The translations under genes were made by a program, and so were the position numbers. This document shows, one piece after another, positions 7,861 to 19,504 of a stretch of DNA of 50,880 bases. The notes beneath the pieces are model-generated. The model was given only the letters and a program-made list of their open reading frames with translations. It was not told the origin of the DNA and did not search any database. This stretch comes from Thermodesulfobacteriota bacterium (GTDB lineage: Bacteria > Desulfobacterota > Desulfobulbia > Desulfobulbales > SURF-16), in assembly GCA_039715015.1 (NCBI GenBank), contig JBDLIE010000018.1, positions 1-50,880 on the forward strand. The letters are read 5' to 3'. How positions within the stretch are numbered: position 1 is the first letter of the stretch; each line of letters starts with the position of its first letter.

Positions 7861-9846
7861 CTACCACTCCAAACGAAAATTATTATCCAGGGCACTGACC
7901 TTAGCTAACTTCACCCGGACCGTATCCCCAAGCTCAACGTGGTCCACCTGACTCAGGGGAAGATCGCCCTCCAGAAGAATATCAGAGAGCACCACCTGCA
8001 CCCGCCGGTCCTTGATATCAAGAACCAGGGCATTCATGGCATTGCCCACCCTCACGCACTCCTCAAGATAACGAAGCAGCCAGTAACGATGACGCTGACT
8101 GCGCACCCGATTAGCCCGGCCCACTCCATGGAGAATATTGCCGACAAAGCCCTTGCAATCCTTTTCGCTAAAGGGTGTGCCTTGGCGGCTGATGATACCG
8201 CTTAGCTGATGCTGCATGACCAGATCCAAAAAACGACGTATGGGTGAGGTCACCGTGGTATAACAATCAGCCCCCACACCGCTGTGGGACTTGGCCGTGG
8301 TGAGGAGATGACCGCGAGACAGACAGCGGCGTTGGCGAAAGTTGAGAAAAAGGTCACGTTGCAACCCTTCAAAAAGGCGCTGGCGGGGTGGATCCTGGCT
8401 GCGGTAAAGTCCCGGCTCCATCCGACTTGAGACATATTGGGCTCCGAGAACATTGGCCAAAACCATAAACTCCGCCACCAGGGTCCGGGACAGACTATCT
8501 GAATCAGCCAGGCGCACCTCAATCTTATCTCTCACCCGAATATTGACATCAGGAACAGGCATCACCACAGCGCCAGCTGCCACCCGTCTCGCCAGGAGCT
8601 TCTGGCCAAGATCGGTGAGAATAGCAACCTCCTCATCGCTCTTCTGATCCGCCATATCCAAGGCCTCGTCATAGCTCAAGCGCCGCTTGACATTGACCAC
8701 ACTGCGAACAATACGGGAATGGACCACCTCGCCCCCAGGGGTCAACTCCACCAGGGTCGAGATAGCAGGCCGGTCAGTTCCGGCAATAAGGCTGCAGCCA
8801 TTTTCAGACAGGCTGTGGGGCAGCATGGCGATTTGACGATCCGCCATATAGATCGATGTTGCCCGCTCCCGGGCCGTATCAAAAAGCAGATCGCCGGGCC
8901 GGACATAATGACTGACATCGGCGACATGGATGCCCACCAGATAATTATCCCCCTTTTTTTCAAGGTGGAGGGCGTCGTCAAGGTCGCGGGTGGAAATCGC
9001 GTCAATGGTGAGCAGGGGTTTATCGCGAAGATCAAGGCGTCCCTCATCAAAAAAATCACGGCGTTTATCTTGAACGGTAAGGGCTTCCGCCTCTTCCATC
9101 TCTGAAAAATCAGTGGGAAGATCAGATTTCAACAGGGGGATATTCTCATCTTTATGCCAGATGCCGGCTCTCACCAGAATGTTGAAAGGATCATGGAGCC
9201 GCCCCAGGTTTGCCTTCTTCAAAAGTTCACGGGTGGTTGCCGCCTCGTGGGCATCATTACCCTGCAGGTAGAAGGCCCCTACCATCTCTAAACAGAGTTG
9301 ACGCTCTGGCCATTGAAAGGAACCATCCCCATCATAAATTGTTCGCAGACCATGGGCACCATCTTCCAAAAGTTCCTCTTTTTCCTGCTCTTTCCGGGCC
9401 ATGATCCGCAGCTGTTCCACCACCTCTTGGGAGTGGACCTGGACCTTGCCCTCCTTGTATTTGAAGTAGAATTTATCGGCAAAAACGCAGCGCAGAAAGG
9501 CGGCCACATGATCATCCGTGGCACCTTCGGCAAAGGCAAGTTCGGTGAAAAACCGGGCCGGGAAGGCGGCTTGCTCCTCACTGACGGCAAGCTCCCAAAT
9601 CTCCTCAAGGTTGATTGGTTCCATCATGTCCTGACGCCGAGCCGCGGTGCCCTGGAGCAAGGCCATGGCATCCTCACGGCTGGCAGCACTGTAATTCTTG
9701 GCTGAAATATGAACAACGCGGCCTTGGGGCAGCTTCATTTCCCGGCCATTTTGGTTCATGACCCGCAAACGCTTGCCCTCTTCACCTTGAACCAGGGCGC
9801 AGACAAATCTACCCTGATCGACATATTCAACAATTTTTCCCAGCAC
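7861..9846 (-). CDS. RNB-domain exoribonuclease (RNase II/R family)
   Basis: TIDAISTRDLDDALH, IHVADV, TSPIRRFLDL. Confidence 0.92.
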   Translation of the reverse strand: MLGKIVEYVDQGRFVCALVQGEEGKRLRVMNQNGREMKLPQGRVVHISAKNYSAASREDAMALLQGTAARRQDMMEPINLEEIWELAVSEEQAAFPARFFTELAFAEGATDDHVAAFLRCVFADKFYFKYKEGKVQVHSQEVVEQLRIMARKEQEKEELLEDGAHGLRTIYDGDGSFQWPERQLCLEMVGAFYLQGNDAHEAATTRELLKKANLGRLHDPFNILVRAGIWHKDENIPLLKSDLPTDFSEMEEAEALTVQDKRRDFFDEGRLDLRDKPLLTIDAISTRDLDDALHLEKKGDNYLVGIHVADVSHYVRPGDLLFDTARERATSIYMADRQIAMLPHSLSENGCSLIAGTDRPAISTLVELTPGGEVVHSRIVRSVVNVKRRLSYDEALDMADQKSDEEVAILTDLGQKLLARRVAAGAVVMPVPDVNIRVRDKIEVRLADSDSLSRTLVAEFMVLANVLGAQYVSSRMEPGLYRSQDPPRQRLFEGLQRDLFLNFRQRRCLSRGHLLTTAKSHSGVGADCYTTVTSPIRRFLDLVMQHQLSGIISRQGTPFSEKDCKGFVGNILHGVGRANRVRSQRHRYWLLRYLEECVRVGNAMNALVLDIKDRRVQVVLSDILLEGDLPLSQVDHVELGDTVRVKLAKVSALDNNFRLEW

Positions 9847-9993
9847 GTTCTTTCTGCTCGCGAGTTTATTTTGATTTCGTCATTGTAAAACAGAACTCTC
9901 CGCAGCTTGCGGGAGATGGTGACAAATGGTAATTTGGCTTAAAGAAATCAGGATGTACCAGCTATCTCCCCCTTTGTCACTGTGAATCCACCC

Positions 9994-10887
9994 ATGAATA
10001 TCACTGAAGAAAATATTAAAACAGGCGTGGTTGCCCTGGTGGGCCCGCCCAATGTCGGCAAATCCACCTTACTCAACACCCTGTTGGGGCAAAAGATATC
10101 CATTGTCTCTCCCAAGGCCCAGACCACCCGCAATCGGATCATGGGCATTGTTAATGGCGAAGGGTACCAGATTCTCCTTCTTGACACGCCCGGCATTCAC
10201 CAGGCTGACTCCCCTCTCAACAAAGAGATGGTGAAGATAGCTCTGGACTCTCTTCATGATGTGGAAATCATCGTCTTTATGATCGATGTCACCTACCCGT
10301 TACCGGAACGACTCACCAACGCCAAGCAGGTCCTTGAAAAAACGGGAAAACCTGTCATCCTGCTCATCAACAAAATCGACATGATTGACAAGGAGGCGCT
10401 CTTTCCTATTCTTGAGGCCTATGATGCCCTGTTTCCCTTTCAGGCCATGCTGCCCATCTCAGCCTTAAAGGCAGACGGCTGCGATCAGGTCATCAACGAG
10501 CTTCTGGATCTTCTGCCCCTCAGGCCTCGGAGCTATCCCGATGATATCCCCACCGATGTCACAGAGCGTTTCATTGTCAGCGAACTTGTCAGGGAAAAGA
10601 TTTTCCATCTCACCCATCAAGAGATCCCCTACTCCACAGCAGTGGTCATTGAGAGTTTCGAGGAACAAAAAGACAGAGTGGTGATCCACGCCACCATTCA
10701 GCTTGAACGAAAATCCCAGAAAGGGATTGTTATCGGTAAACAGGGGAAGATGCTGGCCCGCATCGGTCGCGAGGCCAGGAAGGATATCGAGGAGCTGCTT
10801 GGCACCAAGGTGGTACTCAAGCTTTGGGTGAAGGTGGTAAAGGACTGGTCAAGGAGCATGCGCTCCCTGCGCGATCTTGGCTTTTAG
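9994..10887 (+). CDS. era: GTPase Era
   Basis: GPPNVGKSTL, QTTR, DTPG, NKID, KH motif VIGKQG. Confidence 0.96.
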   Translation: MNITEENIKTGVVALVGPPNVGKSTLLNTLLGQKISIVSPKAQTTRNRIMGIVNGEGYQILLLDTPGIHQADSPLNKEMVKIALDSLHDVEIIVFMIDVTYPLPERLTNAKQVLEKTGKPVILLINKIDMIDKEALFPILEAYDALFPFQAMLPISALKADGCDQVINELLDLLPLRPRSYPDDIPTDVTERFIVSELVREKIFHLTHQEIPYSTAVVIESFEEQKDRVVIHATIQLERKSQKGIVIGKQGKMLARIGREARKDIEELLGTKVVLKLWVKVVKDWSRSMRSLRDLGF

Positions 10888-10930
10888 CCGCCCTTGTTCC
10901 AAACCGGGAAGTGCTTGGCATCAAAAACTT

Positions 10931-11305
10931 TTATAATTTTGCTCGCGCCTTTACAAGCCGCTGGATCTTCTCCTGATCATCCTCAAGCATATTGTGAAAC
11001 TGGCAACCTGCTGAAACAATATCGAGAAACTTCTCATCAATCACCCAGCGCACCTCCATGTGGACCTCTTCGATACCCTTCAGCTCAGCCAGGCCATTTA
11101 AGGCCATCAGGGTCACATGGTCTCCGGGCTGCACGGCAAAAGCGCCTTGGCGTTTCTGACTAAACTGCAAACCGCCGGAACTGATATTAAGCACATCAAC
11201 ATAAAAAGGCTCGCCTGCGGTGCCGTTAATGGAGGCGGCAATCTTTTCTCCGTTATTGAAATAGGTGCGCGGCGTACTTCTTTTTTCTTCAAACGATGTT
11301 CCCAT
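10931..11305 (-). CDS. PilZ-domain protein
   Basis: RxxxR (EKRSTPR) and NISSGG motifs; AAGGAG RBS before ATG 11305. Confidence 0.82.
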   Translation of the reverse strand: MGTSFEEKRSTPRTYFNNGEKIAASINGTAGEPFYVDVLNISSGGLQFSQKRQGAFAVQPGDHVTLMALNGLAELKGIEEVHMEVRWVIDEKFLDIVSAGCQFHNMLEDDQEKIQRLVKARAKL

Positions 11306-11426
11306 CAATCTCTCCTTGCTGAATGTCACAACCTTTAAATTTTATCAAAAAAGAAAGTCCCCTGGCAAGCAGATAGTTTGCAGGGGGTAAAGGGGAGAGA
11401 GCACTCTTGGCCTATACATAGTCCAC

Positions 11427-11461
11427 AAAAAAAGCCCCGCCAAGAACTGGCAGGGCTTTTT
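11427..11461. terminator. Intrinsic terminator downstream of the 11771-11466 gene
   Basis: A-tract, GCCCCGCCA/TGGCAGGGC stem, T-tract. Confidence 0.7.
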
Positions 11462-11465
11462 AAGC

Positions 11466-11771
11466 TTAGACGATGGTATCGATTCTTTGCTGGGGCCGGT
11501 CAGGGGGTTGTTCGGGAGGCGCTTCGGAGCGATCTGTGCTTGATGCGTTGCGGTTCTGGTCCGCGCTTTGTGAGGTCTCGGCCGCAGCGCGGGAGGTCTC
11601 AAGGGCGGTGGCTGAAAATTCGGCAACAACTGCCGGGCCGGAGTCGCTGACTTGACCAGCCCGGTTTAATTCATTCTCCCGGGTGGGGGTCTTAATGCGT
11701 GTGCCGCTATCTAAATTTTGGGGCCTATTATTGTCTTGGACAGTGGTAACACTTGCGCCATCAATAGCCAT
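11466..11771 (-). CDS. Hypothetical low-complexity protein
   Basis: AAGGAGG RBS and a terminator immediately after the stop. Confidence 0.65.
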   Translation of the reverse strand: MAIDGASVTTVQDNNRPQNLDSGTRIKTPTRENELNRAGQVSDSGPAVVAEFSATALETSRAAAETSQSADQNRNASSTDRSEAPPEQPPDRPQQRIDTIV

Positions 11772-12103
11772 AACTCTCCTCCTTACTAATTAAAATCCAG
11801 GTCACCCGCGCATATATTTTAAGACTCTTTCGTATATTTAGCCAGCTCTGCCTTCGATTTTTTTGGTTTCCCTTTGATTAGCAAATTGTTGGGATATTTT
11901 TTATATTTTGCGAGATCCCCCTTTAGGTTAGCGGCGCAACCTCAACGTCACCTGGAAATGTTCTCTTCTTTTTTCAGAAAACAGCGTTCTTTCATTGTAT
12001 TTTGGTGCCAAACTATTTATGACAAAAAACACAAAACATTACTCCCAAGGTCAACCTCTCCCATGGCGCCAGGTTGATTCCAGAATTATATAAGGACAAC
12101 ATC

Positions 12104-13588
12104 ATGGCTAACGAAGTTAGACTCCGCTTTCCCCCCAGCCCCACCGGCTATCTCCACATCGGCGGAGCACGCACCGCTATCTTGAACTGGCTCTATGCCA
12201 GAAAGCATAACGGCAAGCTTATCCTTCGTATTGAAGATACCGATGCCGAACGTTCCACCGAGGAGTCTATCCAAGGCATTATCGACGGCATGAACTGGCT
12301 TGGTATTGATTGGGACGAAGGTCCCTATTTCCAGACCGACTTCACCGAAGACCATAAGGCCGCCGCCCAGAAACTGCTGGATACCGGCAAGGCGTATAAA
12401 TGCTTCTGCACCAAGGAGACCCTTGACGCTAAACGGGAGGCGGCCCTGGCTGCCAAACAGGAGGTCAGGTATGATGGTACCTGCTCCAAGCTGAGTCCTG
12501 AAGAGGTTGCGAAAAAAGAAGCGGCCGGCATCCCGGCTGTGGTTCGTTTCAAGGTACCTGAGCGCGACGGCTCCGTGGGTTATGACGACAAGGTCTTAGG
12601 ACGCATTGAACAGCAATACAACGAGATTTCCGACTTTGTCATTGTCCGTTCCAACGGCAAACCCCTTTACCTGCTCTGTAACGTGGTGGACGATATCCGC
12701 GACCGCATATCCCATGTTATTCGCGGCCAGGACCACAAGGACAACACCAACCGCCAAATTCTCCTTTACGAGGCCCTGGAGGCGCCGGTTCCGGTTTTTG
12801 CCCACATGCCGTTGACCTTAGACACCAAGAAGGCCAAGATCTCCAAGCGGAGTCATGGTGAGATTGTTGCTGTCCAATGGTACCGCGATAATGGCTTTTT
12901 GCCTTGGGCCATGGTGAATTTCCTCTGTCTTCTGGGCTGGTCTGCCGGTGATGACCGGGAAATATTCTCCCAGGATGAGTTGCTTGAAGCCTTCACCCTG
13001 GAGCGGATCAACAAATCAAACGCCATCTTTAACTATCAAAAGAACGATCCGAAATTCATCACCGACCCCAAACTCCTCAACATCAACGCCCATTACCTGC
13101 GGACCATGGACCTTGAAGAGCTGGCCATCCTGGTCAAGAAAGAACTGGAGACAGCCGGCATTTGGGATGCGGCCTATGAGAGCGAGCGTAAAGAGTGGTT
13201 TTTAAAGACCCTGGACATGTCCCGGGAGCGATTTTACACCCTGAAAGACTTTGTTACCCAAGGCCGGGCCTGGTTTGCCGATGACTTTGACATGTGTCCC
13301 AAGGCCCTGAAAAAAAATGTCCGCAAACATGGGCAGCTCAAAGAGTGGTTGCCGGAGCTGGCCGAAAAAATGGCCGCCATTGACACCTTCAATGCTGAAG
13401 AGGCGGAAAGAGTAGCCCGGGATTTTGCTACAGAAAAGAATATCAAGCCCGGTATTCCCATTAACGCCTCCCGCGCCGTTTTGACCGGCCAGATCAAAGG
13501 CCCCTCCATGTTTGAGGTCTTTGCCCACCTGGGTAAAGAAACCGTAGTCCGCCGCCTGCAAGAGGCGGGTAAATGGTTTGAAGAATAG
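12104..13588 (+). CDS. gltX: Glutamate--tRNA ligase
   Basis: RFPPSPTGYLHIGG, LRIEDTD, KISKR; AAGGA RBS before ATG 12104. Confidence 0.96.
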   Translation: MANEVRLRFPPSPTGYLHIGGARTAILNWLYARKHNGKLILRIEDTDAERSTEESIQGIIDGMNWLGIDWDEGPYFQTDFTEDHKAAAQKLLDTGKAYKCFCTKETLDAKREAALAAKQEVRYDGTCSKLSPEEVAKKEAAGIPAVVRFKVPERDGSVGYDDKVLGRIEQQYNEISDFVIVRSNGKPLYLLCNVVDDIRDRISHVIRGQDHKDNTNRQILLYEALEAPVPVFAHMPLTLDTKKAKISKRSHGEIVAVQWYRDNGFLPWAMVNFLCLLGWSAGDDREIFSQDELLEAFTLERINKSNAIFNYQKNDPKFITDPKLLNINAHYLRTMDLEELAILVKKELETAGIWDAAYESERKEWFLKTLDMSRERFYTLKDFVTQGRAWFADDFDMCPKALKKNVRKHGQLKEWLPELAEKMAAIDTFNAEEAERVARDFATEKNIKPGIPINASRAVLTGQIKGPSMFEVFAHLGKETVVRRLQEAGKWFEE

Positions 13589-13643
13589 CTTGGCGCTCCT
13601 GGTCCCTTAACAACTGACAACTAAAAAAGCCGAAGACGTCACC

Positions 13644-15329
13644 ATGTCCGAAATTGATACAAGCAAACTTGATTTTATCCGTACCATTGTCGCCCAAGAT
13701 CTAGCGGCCAACAAGAATGATGGCCGCCTGGTGACCCGCTTTCCGCCCGAGCCCAACGGCTATCTCCATATCGGTCATGCCAAGTCCATCTGTCTTAACT
13801 TCGGCCTGGCCAAGGAGTACCCCCAGGGTGTCTGTCATATGCGTTTTGACGACACCAACCCAGAAAAAGAAGACGTGGAGTACACCGAGTCTATCATGAC
13901 AGATGTCAAATGGCTGGGCTTTGACTGGGGGGACAACCTCTTTTACGCCTCCGATTATTTTGGGCAGCTCTACGATTATGCCGTCCAGCTCATCAAGATG
14001 GGCAAGGCCTATGTCTGCAGTCTTAGCGCCGAAGAGATGCGCACCTACCGTGGCACCCTGAAAGAACCGGGCAAAAACAGCCCTTTCCGGGACCGGAGTG
14101 TAGAGGAGAATCTTGACCTTTTTGAAGGCATGAAAAACGGTGAATTTGCCGAAGGTGAGCATCTGCTCCGGGCAAAAATCGACATGGCTTCGCCCAACAT
14201 CAACATGCGCGACCCGGCCATCTACCGTATCCGCAAGGTTGCCCATCATCGCACCGGTGATACGTGGTCTATCTACCCCATGTATGATTTCACCCACTGC
14301 CTTTCCGATGCCATTGAAAAGATCACCCACTCCCTTTGCACCCTGGAGTTTGAAGACCACCGGCCCTTGTACGATTGGGTTTTGGACACCTTAGAGACCC
14401 CCTGTCACCCCCAGCAGATTGAGTTTGCCCGCCTGAACCTCAACTTCACGGTGATGAGTAAACGTAAACTCATGCAGCTGGTAAGCGAAGGCCTGGTCAA
14501 TGGCTGGGACGACCCCCGTATGCTGACCGTTTCCGGCCTCAGGCGCCGGGGCTATACACCCGCCTCCATCCGTAATTTCTGCGCCGAAATCGGACTTGCC
14601 AAGCGAGAGAGCCGTATTGATATGGGCGTCCTGGAAAATGCCGTCCGCAATGACCTTAACGACATTGCCCCCCGGCGCCTGGCTGTGCTGAACCCTTTAA
14701 AGGTGGTGATTACCAACTACCCGGAAGACAAGGAAGAGGAACTGGAGATTGCCAACCATCCTAAGAATCCAGCGCTGGGTACTCGGATGATTCCCTTTAG
14801 CCGAGAAATCTATATCGAACGCGACGATTTCATGGAGGAAGCGGCCAAGAAGTTCTTCCGCCTTGCCCCCGGCCGGGAGGTACGTCTGCGGGCTGCCTAT
14901 TTCATCACCTGTGATGAGGTGGTAAAGGACGACAATGGCGAGATTGTTGAACTGCGCTGCAGCTATGATCCAGCCAGCCGCGGTGGTTCATCGCCGGATG
15001 GCCGCAAGGTCAAGGGAACCCTGCACTGGGTCTCCGCCCGCCATGCCGTGGATGGTGACATCCGTCTCTATGACCGCCTCTTTAACAAGGAAAACCCGGA
15101 AGATGACCCCGATATTGATTTCAAAGAAAACCTGAACCCCGGCTCCCTCAATATTCTTACCGAATGTAAGCTTGAGCCATCTCTTCTTGCCGCCACATCA
15201 AACGATCATTTTCAATTTGAAAGGGTGGGTTTCTTCTGCCTGGACAGCAAAGAAAGCTCAGCGGAAAAGCTCGTCATCAACCGCACTGTCACCCTGCGTG
15301 ACACGTGGGCCAAAATGGCGAAAAGGTAG
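13644..15329 (+). CDS. glnS: Glutamine--tRNA ligase
   Basis: [34 protein letters not shown]. Confidence 0.97.
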   Translation: MSEIDTSKLDFIRTIVAQDLAANKNDGRLVTRFPPEPNGYLHIGHAKSICLNFGLAKEYPQGVCHMRFDDTNPEKEDVEYTESIMTDVKWLGFDWGDNLFYASDYFGQLYDYAVQLIKMGKAYVCSLSAEEMRTYRGTLKEPGKNSPFRDRSVEENLDLFEGMKNGEFAEGEHLLRAKIDMASPNINMRDPAIYRIRKVAHHRTGDTWSIYPMYDFTHCLSDAIEKITHSLCTLEFEDHRPLYDWVLDTLETPCHPQQIEFARLNLNFTVMSKRKLMQLVSEGLVNGWDDPRMLTVSGLRRRGYTPASIRNFCAEIGLAKRESRIDMGVLENAVRNDLNDIAPRRLAVLNPLKVVITNYPEDKEEELEIANHPKNPALGTRMIPFSREIYIERDDFMEEAAKKFFRLAPGREVRLRAAYFITCDEVVKDDNGEIVELRCSYDPASRGGSSPDGRKVKGTLHWVSARHAVDGDIRLYDRLFNKENPEDDPDIDFKENLNPGSLNILTECKLEPSLLAATSNDHFQFERVGFFCLDSKESSAEKLVINRTVTLRDTWAKMAKR

Positions 15330-15346
15330 TCAGGTTTTCAGTGATC

Positions 15347-16426
15347 CTAGTCAAAATCTTTCTCTTTTGAGATGCGTTCAGAATAGGGAATAGATGTTGG
15401 CTCTTCAGAAAGTGGGCGGCCTAAAAATTCTTCTGCCTCATCTACATCAAGCTTACTGCCGATGATGAGAGGCACCCGCTGATGAAGATCCTCTGGTTCG
15501 ATATCAAGAATATTCCGGCCGTCATCGGTAATGGCCCGCCCACCAGCCTGTTCAATGAGCATGGCCAGGGGAGAAGCCTCATAGAGCAGACGTAATTTAC
15601 CATAGGGTTTACTGGTATCCTTAGTATCGCGAGGGTAGGCAAAAAGACCACCAGTAATCAGATTACGATGAAAATCAGCCACCAGGGAGCCGATATATCT
15701 GGAGCTGTAAGGCCGCCCCTTGCTCTTGTCCGGCTGGTTTATCATCTCAAAAAACTCTTTAACGTTTTCCTGCCAGAAGGGCTGGTTGTAAGTGTTGACG
15801 CTGACATACTTGGCCCGTTCAGCGGTCCTGATATCTGCATGGGACAGATAAAACTCTCCAACACTGGGATCAAGCGTAAAACCATGGACACCATGGCCTG
15901 TGGTAAAGACCAGCATAGTCGATGAACCATAGAGGATGTAACCTGCAGCCACCTGCTCACGGCCAGGCTGGAGCAGATCATCTATATCTCCCTGCCGCCC
16001 CTCTTCTGAAAGACGGCGATGCACGGAAAAGATGGTGCCAATACTGACGTTGACATCGATATTGGAAGAGCCGTCCAAAGGATCAAAGGCCAGGGTGTAT
16101 TTGCCCTCATAGCCTTCCTCCACGGGAATGATGCTATCCTCCTCCTCAGAGGTCATCACACAAAGATAGCCGGACCGGGCCATGCGCTTAACAATGGTAC
16201 GATTGGCGAACTCATCAAGCTTCTGAACTTCTTCACCCTGGATATTCGTCTTGCCGGACATACCGAGAATATCGGCAAGCCCGGCCATGTTCACCTCAGC
16301 GGAAATAGTCTTTCCAGCAACAATCAGTTCATTGAGCAGCCCGGAGAGATCACCTGTGGCCTCCGGATGCAGACGCTGACTATCAACAATATGCCTATGA
16401 ACAGTTACTCCCAGTGGTCTTCTCAT
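15347..16426 (-). CDS. fbp: Fructose-1,6-bisphosphatase class 1
   Basis: DPLDGSSNIDVN, RYIGSLVADFHR, GKLRLLYE. Confidence 0.96.
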   Translation of the reverse strand: MRRPLGVTVHRHIVDSQRLHPEATGDLSGLLNELIVAGKTISAEVNMAGLADILGMSGKTNIQGEEVQKLDEFANRTIVKRMARSGYLCVMTSEEEDSIIPVEEGYEGKYTLAFDPLDGSSNIDVNVSIGTIFSVHRRLSEEGRQGDIDDLLQPGREQVAAGYILYGSSTMLVFTTGHGVHGFTLDPSVGEFYLSHADIRTAERAKYVSVNTYNQPFWQENVKEFFEMINQPDKSKGRPYSSRYIGSLVADFHRNLITGGLFAYPRDTKDTSKPYGKLRLLYEASPLAMLIEQAGGRAITDDGRNILDIEPEDLHQRVPLIIGSKLDVDEAEEFLGRPLSEEPTSIPYSERISKEKDFD

Positions 16427-16636
16427 ATAATCCTAAGCTCCAGCTTCTTATAGAAACAGATTCTCACCCCCTCTTGGTTTTACCTTGCTGGCAGCAGCTC
16501 TGAGGCATGGCGAAAATCTTTATCATTTACCTTTGACACCCTATTGAAATCACTAAAAGTTCCCTGTGCAACTACTTTTTTTCTTTTACTCTTTTTCAAA
16601 GAAGCAACAAAGCTGTAGAATGACAGACAGCCCATC

Positions 16637-17941
16637 ATGACCAAAGAGACAGCGTCCAAAAAAAAATCAACAAAACACCTTTCCACCGGTGATGTACGCA
16701 GCTATTTCAGGCTGCTGCACCACAATCCTCACTTTACCCGCCTCTGGCTTGCCGGGGTCATCAGCCATATCGGCAACTGGTTTAACTATATTGGTATTTT
16801 TGTTCTCCTAAATGAGTTTACCGGTTCAGGGCAGGCCGTGAGCTGGTTTCTCATTGCCAAGTTCATGCCCTCCTTTTTATGGGGACCAATGGCCGGCGTT
16901 ATTGCTGACCGCTTGCCGCGCAAGCTGATTATGATTACCGGTGATATCCTCCGGGCCATCATTGTTCTTGGCTTTCTCCTTGTTGATGATGTCCAGTATA
17001 TCTGGCTCATCTATGTCCTGGCCCTGACCCAGGAAACAGTATGGACCTTCACGGATCCGGCCCGCCGCGCCTCTGTTCCCAATCTTTGCGCCAAAGAAGA
17101 GCTCAAGCTTGCCAATAGCCTTAATGGTGCGACCTGGTCTGTCATGCTGGCAGTGGGAGCGGCCCTGGGAGGTTATGTATCAGCCCGTTTTGGCTGGCGA
17201 ACCGCAATTATTGTCGATGCATCAACATTTCTTGTCTCGGCAGCCCTGTTGACAGCGCTGCCCTTACCTCACCGCACAAAGGAAAAACAACCTCACAAGA
17301 CATGGGCAACCCTCTTGGGCTTCACCGACCTTAAAGAGGGCTGGATCTACGTTATCCAGCATAAAGAGGCCGCCCGCCTCATGTTGGTCAAAAGCGGCTG
17401 GGCCATGGCAGGTGGTTTTCTTGTCATGCTCACCATTTTCGGTGAACAGATTTTTGGCGGAGAGAGTGGCGGCAAAAGTGGCGTATTTTACTCAGCCCGT
17501 GGCATTGGGGCCGCCCTTGGGCCTATAGTGGTCTGGAATTTATTTGGTGAAGAGAAAGAGGACATGACCCGGGCCATTGGCTTTGGTTTCTTTGTGGCTG
17601 CCTTCTCCTATCTCTGCTTCAGCCAGTCCACCTCTCTCTGGCTGGCTGCATTTTTTGTCTTCTTTGCCCATCTTGGCGGTTCCGTGCAATGGGTCTTCTC
17701 AACAACGCTGCTTCAAGAGATGGTGGAGGATGATTTTCGGGGCCGTGTTTTTGCTGCTGAGATGGCCCTCCTCACCCTGGTACTTTCCATCTCCACCTGG
17801 CTCACCGGTTTTGTTCTTGATTTGGGAATGGCACCAAGGCTGGTCACCGCCTGCCTGTCTGGTTGCTTCCTTATACCTGGGCTGGCCTGGAGCCTGACTG
17901 AACCTAATCCGCAAAGGGTAGATCAGTCAAAAAAACAATAG
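16637..17941 (+). CDS. MFS transporter
   Basis: Many hydrophobic segments; motif A GVIADRLPRK; RGRVFA. Confidence 0.9.
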   Translation: MTKETASKKKSTKHLSTGDVRSYFRLLHHNPHFTRLWLAGVISHIGNWFNYIGIFVLLNEFTGSGQAVSWFLIAKFMPSFLWGPMAGVIADRLPRKLIMITGDILRAIIVLGFLLVDDVQYIWLIYVLALTQETVWTFTDPARRASVPNLCAKEELKLANSLNGATWSVMLAVGAALGGYVSARFGWRTAIIVDASTFLVSAALLTALPLPHRTKEKQPHKTWATLLGFTDLKEGWIYVIQHKEAARLMLVKSGWAMAGGFLVMLTIFGEQIFGGESGGKSGVFYSARGIGAALGPIVVWNLFGEEKEDMTRAIGFGFFVAAFSYLCFSQSTSLWLAAFFVFFAHLGGSVQWVFSTTLLQEMVEDDFRGRVFAAEMALLTLVLSISTWLTGFVLDLGMAPRLVTACLSGCFLIPGLAWSLTEPNPQRVDQSKKQ

Positions 17942-19479
17942 GGATCTTTTTCAGTAAAGATATCTAAGCCCATACCGTGGGTCACGGCAAGGCAACCGCC
18001 ACAGGCGCTGCGTATCTTGCAGCCACTGCAGGCCTCGGAGCCGGCCCGGTATCGTCTGGCAGCCTCGTTATGGTAGATCTCCGACAGGCTGTTGACCTGA
18101 ATATTGCCGATATGGGAAGGAAACTTGCGGCAGGCATGCACCTCACCGTCGGCAAGGAGTGACAGAAAATTAAAGGCCGCCCCGCAACCATAGCCCGTAC
18201 AGCCCCCAAACGACGACCTGCCATCTTTTACAAACAAGGTGTTTAGGTGATTGTCCTTAAGGCCCATACAGGGATTGGCTAAGGATGCCTCGTAATAACG
18301 ACGCAGAAAATCCTCGTAGCCTTCGGTGGGGGCAGAGAGGAGCTGTGCCCCTTCGCCCACCATGGCCAGCCTGTTAAAATTAAAGAGATCAACCTTATCC
18401 CTCAAGAGTTCGGCCAGGGGCAGTACCTGATCCTGATTCTCCCTGGTTAGGGTCAACATGACCATGGAATAGACACCCAGCTCTTTAAGAATCTCTAGAA
18501 ATTCAATAATCCGCTCAAAATGCCCGGCTCCGCGGATATGATCATTATGCTCCTGAAGGCCCTCCAGACTGACCTGAAAAAACTCTAAGGGTTGAATGGC
18601 CTGCAGTTCCTCAACAACCTCTCTCGCCGCAGGGTTGCCGAGAATAGCCAGCTGAAAGCCCCGGTCAGCAGCAGCCTGATACAGCTCGTTAAAGCGTGGA
18701 TAGAGCAAAGGATTGCCACCGGTAAAGGTCACCTGGCCATAGACATGATGTTCCCGGCAGAAAGCGCGAAAATCATCAAGGATGACGAGGGCCTGCCCAT
18801 AATCAACGGCTGTGCGGCTTGTCCGGTCATAACAATGTTTACAGTGGAGATCACAGGCCTGGGTGATATGCCATTGCAGGGTAAAGGCCCCCGAGGACAG
18901 ATATCTTTCAGGGACAAAATCATTTGTCTTAAAAAGAGTGGTATCGCGGCGGATAGTTGTTTCAGGGACCAGGAGATACTCTTCATTTTCGGCCCGTTCC
19001 ATAATACGATCAAGATAGGCCAGAGTCACCTTATGCTCGCTGGCTGCCTGGGCCAGGTCAATACCCTCTTCGACAAGTTTTAAGGCAAGAAGGTCCTGGG
19101 GACCGGCATTCTTGTAACGTACCGCACCACCGGTCAGCTGCCAGACAAGGACCAGCTGTTCGCCTGGCTGGCCCTCTTCATCACGCCCGGCCAGGATAGG
19201 GGCCAAATTCTGCCAGGGGAACTGGGCAATGCGAAGGGTGGGATTAACAACAACCTTTTCGGCAGGAGGAGCTAAGTCTGCATCTAAGCGCTCCACTTCC
19301 GCCACCAGCTGCTCAAGGCGGGCTAGATCAGGGAGAAAGGAAGGCAGATGGAGATCATCAATATGGTGAGCCAACCAGTCAGATAACTCCAGGGATGACT
19401 CTTGGTCATTGGCCTGGAGAGATTGGGCAAGAATTGCCAAAGAACGAGGATAATCGGAAAGCATCTCTCTGCCTGTCAC
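17923..19479 (-). CDS. sbtM: Selenobiotic / thio(seleno)oxazole radical SAM maturase, SbtM family
   Basis: About 190-aa N-terminal extension (DLARLE..VNPTL), FTLQWHITQACDLHCKHCYDR, SPASM GGCTGYGCGAA..CGGC..DPYC; downstream of the SS-U/C-G precursor. Confidence 0.88.
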   Translation of the reverse strand: MTGREMLSDYPRSLAILAQSLQANDQESSLELSDWLAHHIDDLHLPSFLPDLARLEQLVAEVERLDADLAPPAEKVVVNPTLRIAQFPWQNLAPILAGRDEEGQPGEQLVLVWQLTGGAVRYKNAGPQDLLALKLVEEGIDLAQAASEHKVTLAYLDRIMERAENEEYLLVPETTIRRDTTLFKTNDFVPERYLSSGAFTLQWHITQACDLHCKHCYDRTSRTAVDYGQALVILDDFRAFCREHHVYGQVTFTGGNPLLYPRFNELYQAAADRGFQLAILGNPAAREVVEELQAIQPLEFFQVSLEGLQEHNDHIRGAGHFERIIEFLEILKELGVYSMVMLTLTRENQDQVLPLAELLRDKVDLFNFNRLAMVGEGAQLLSAPTEGYEDFLRRYYEASLANPCMGLKDNHLNTLFVKDGRSSFGGCTGYGCGAAFNFLSLLADGEVHACRKFPSHIGNIQVNSLSEIYHNEAARRYRAGSEACSGCKIRSACGGCLAVTHGMGLDIFTEKDPYCFFD

Positions 19480-19504
19480 CTGTTTATGAGATTAGAACAG
19501 CGAT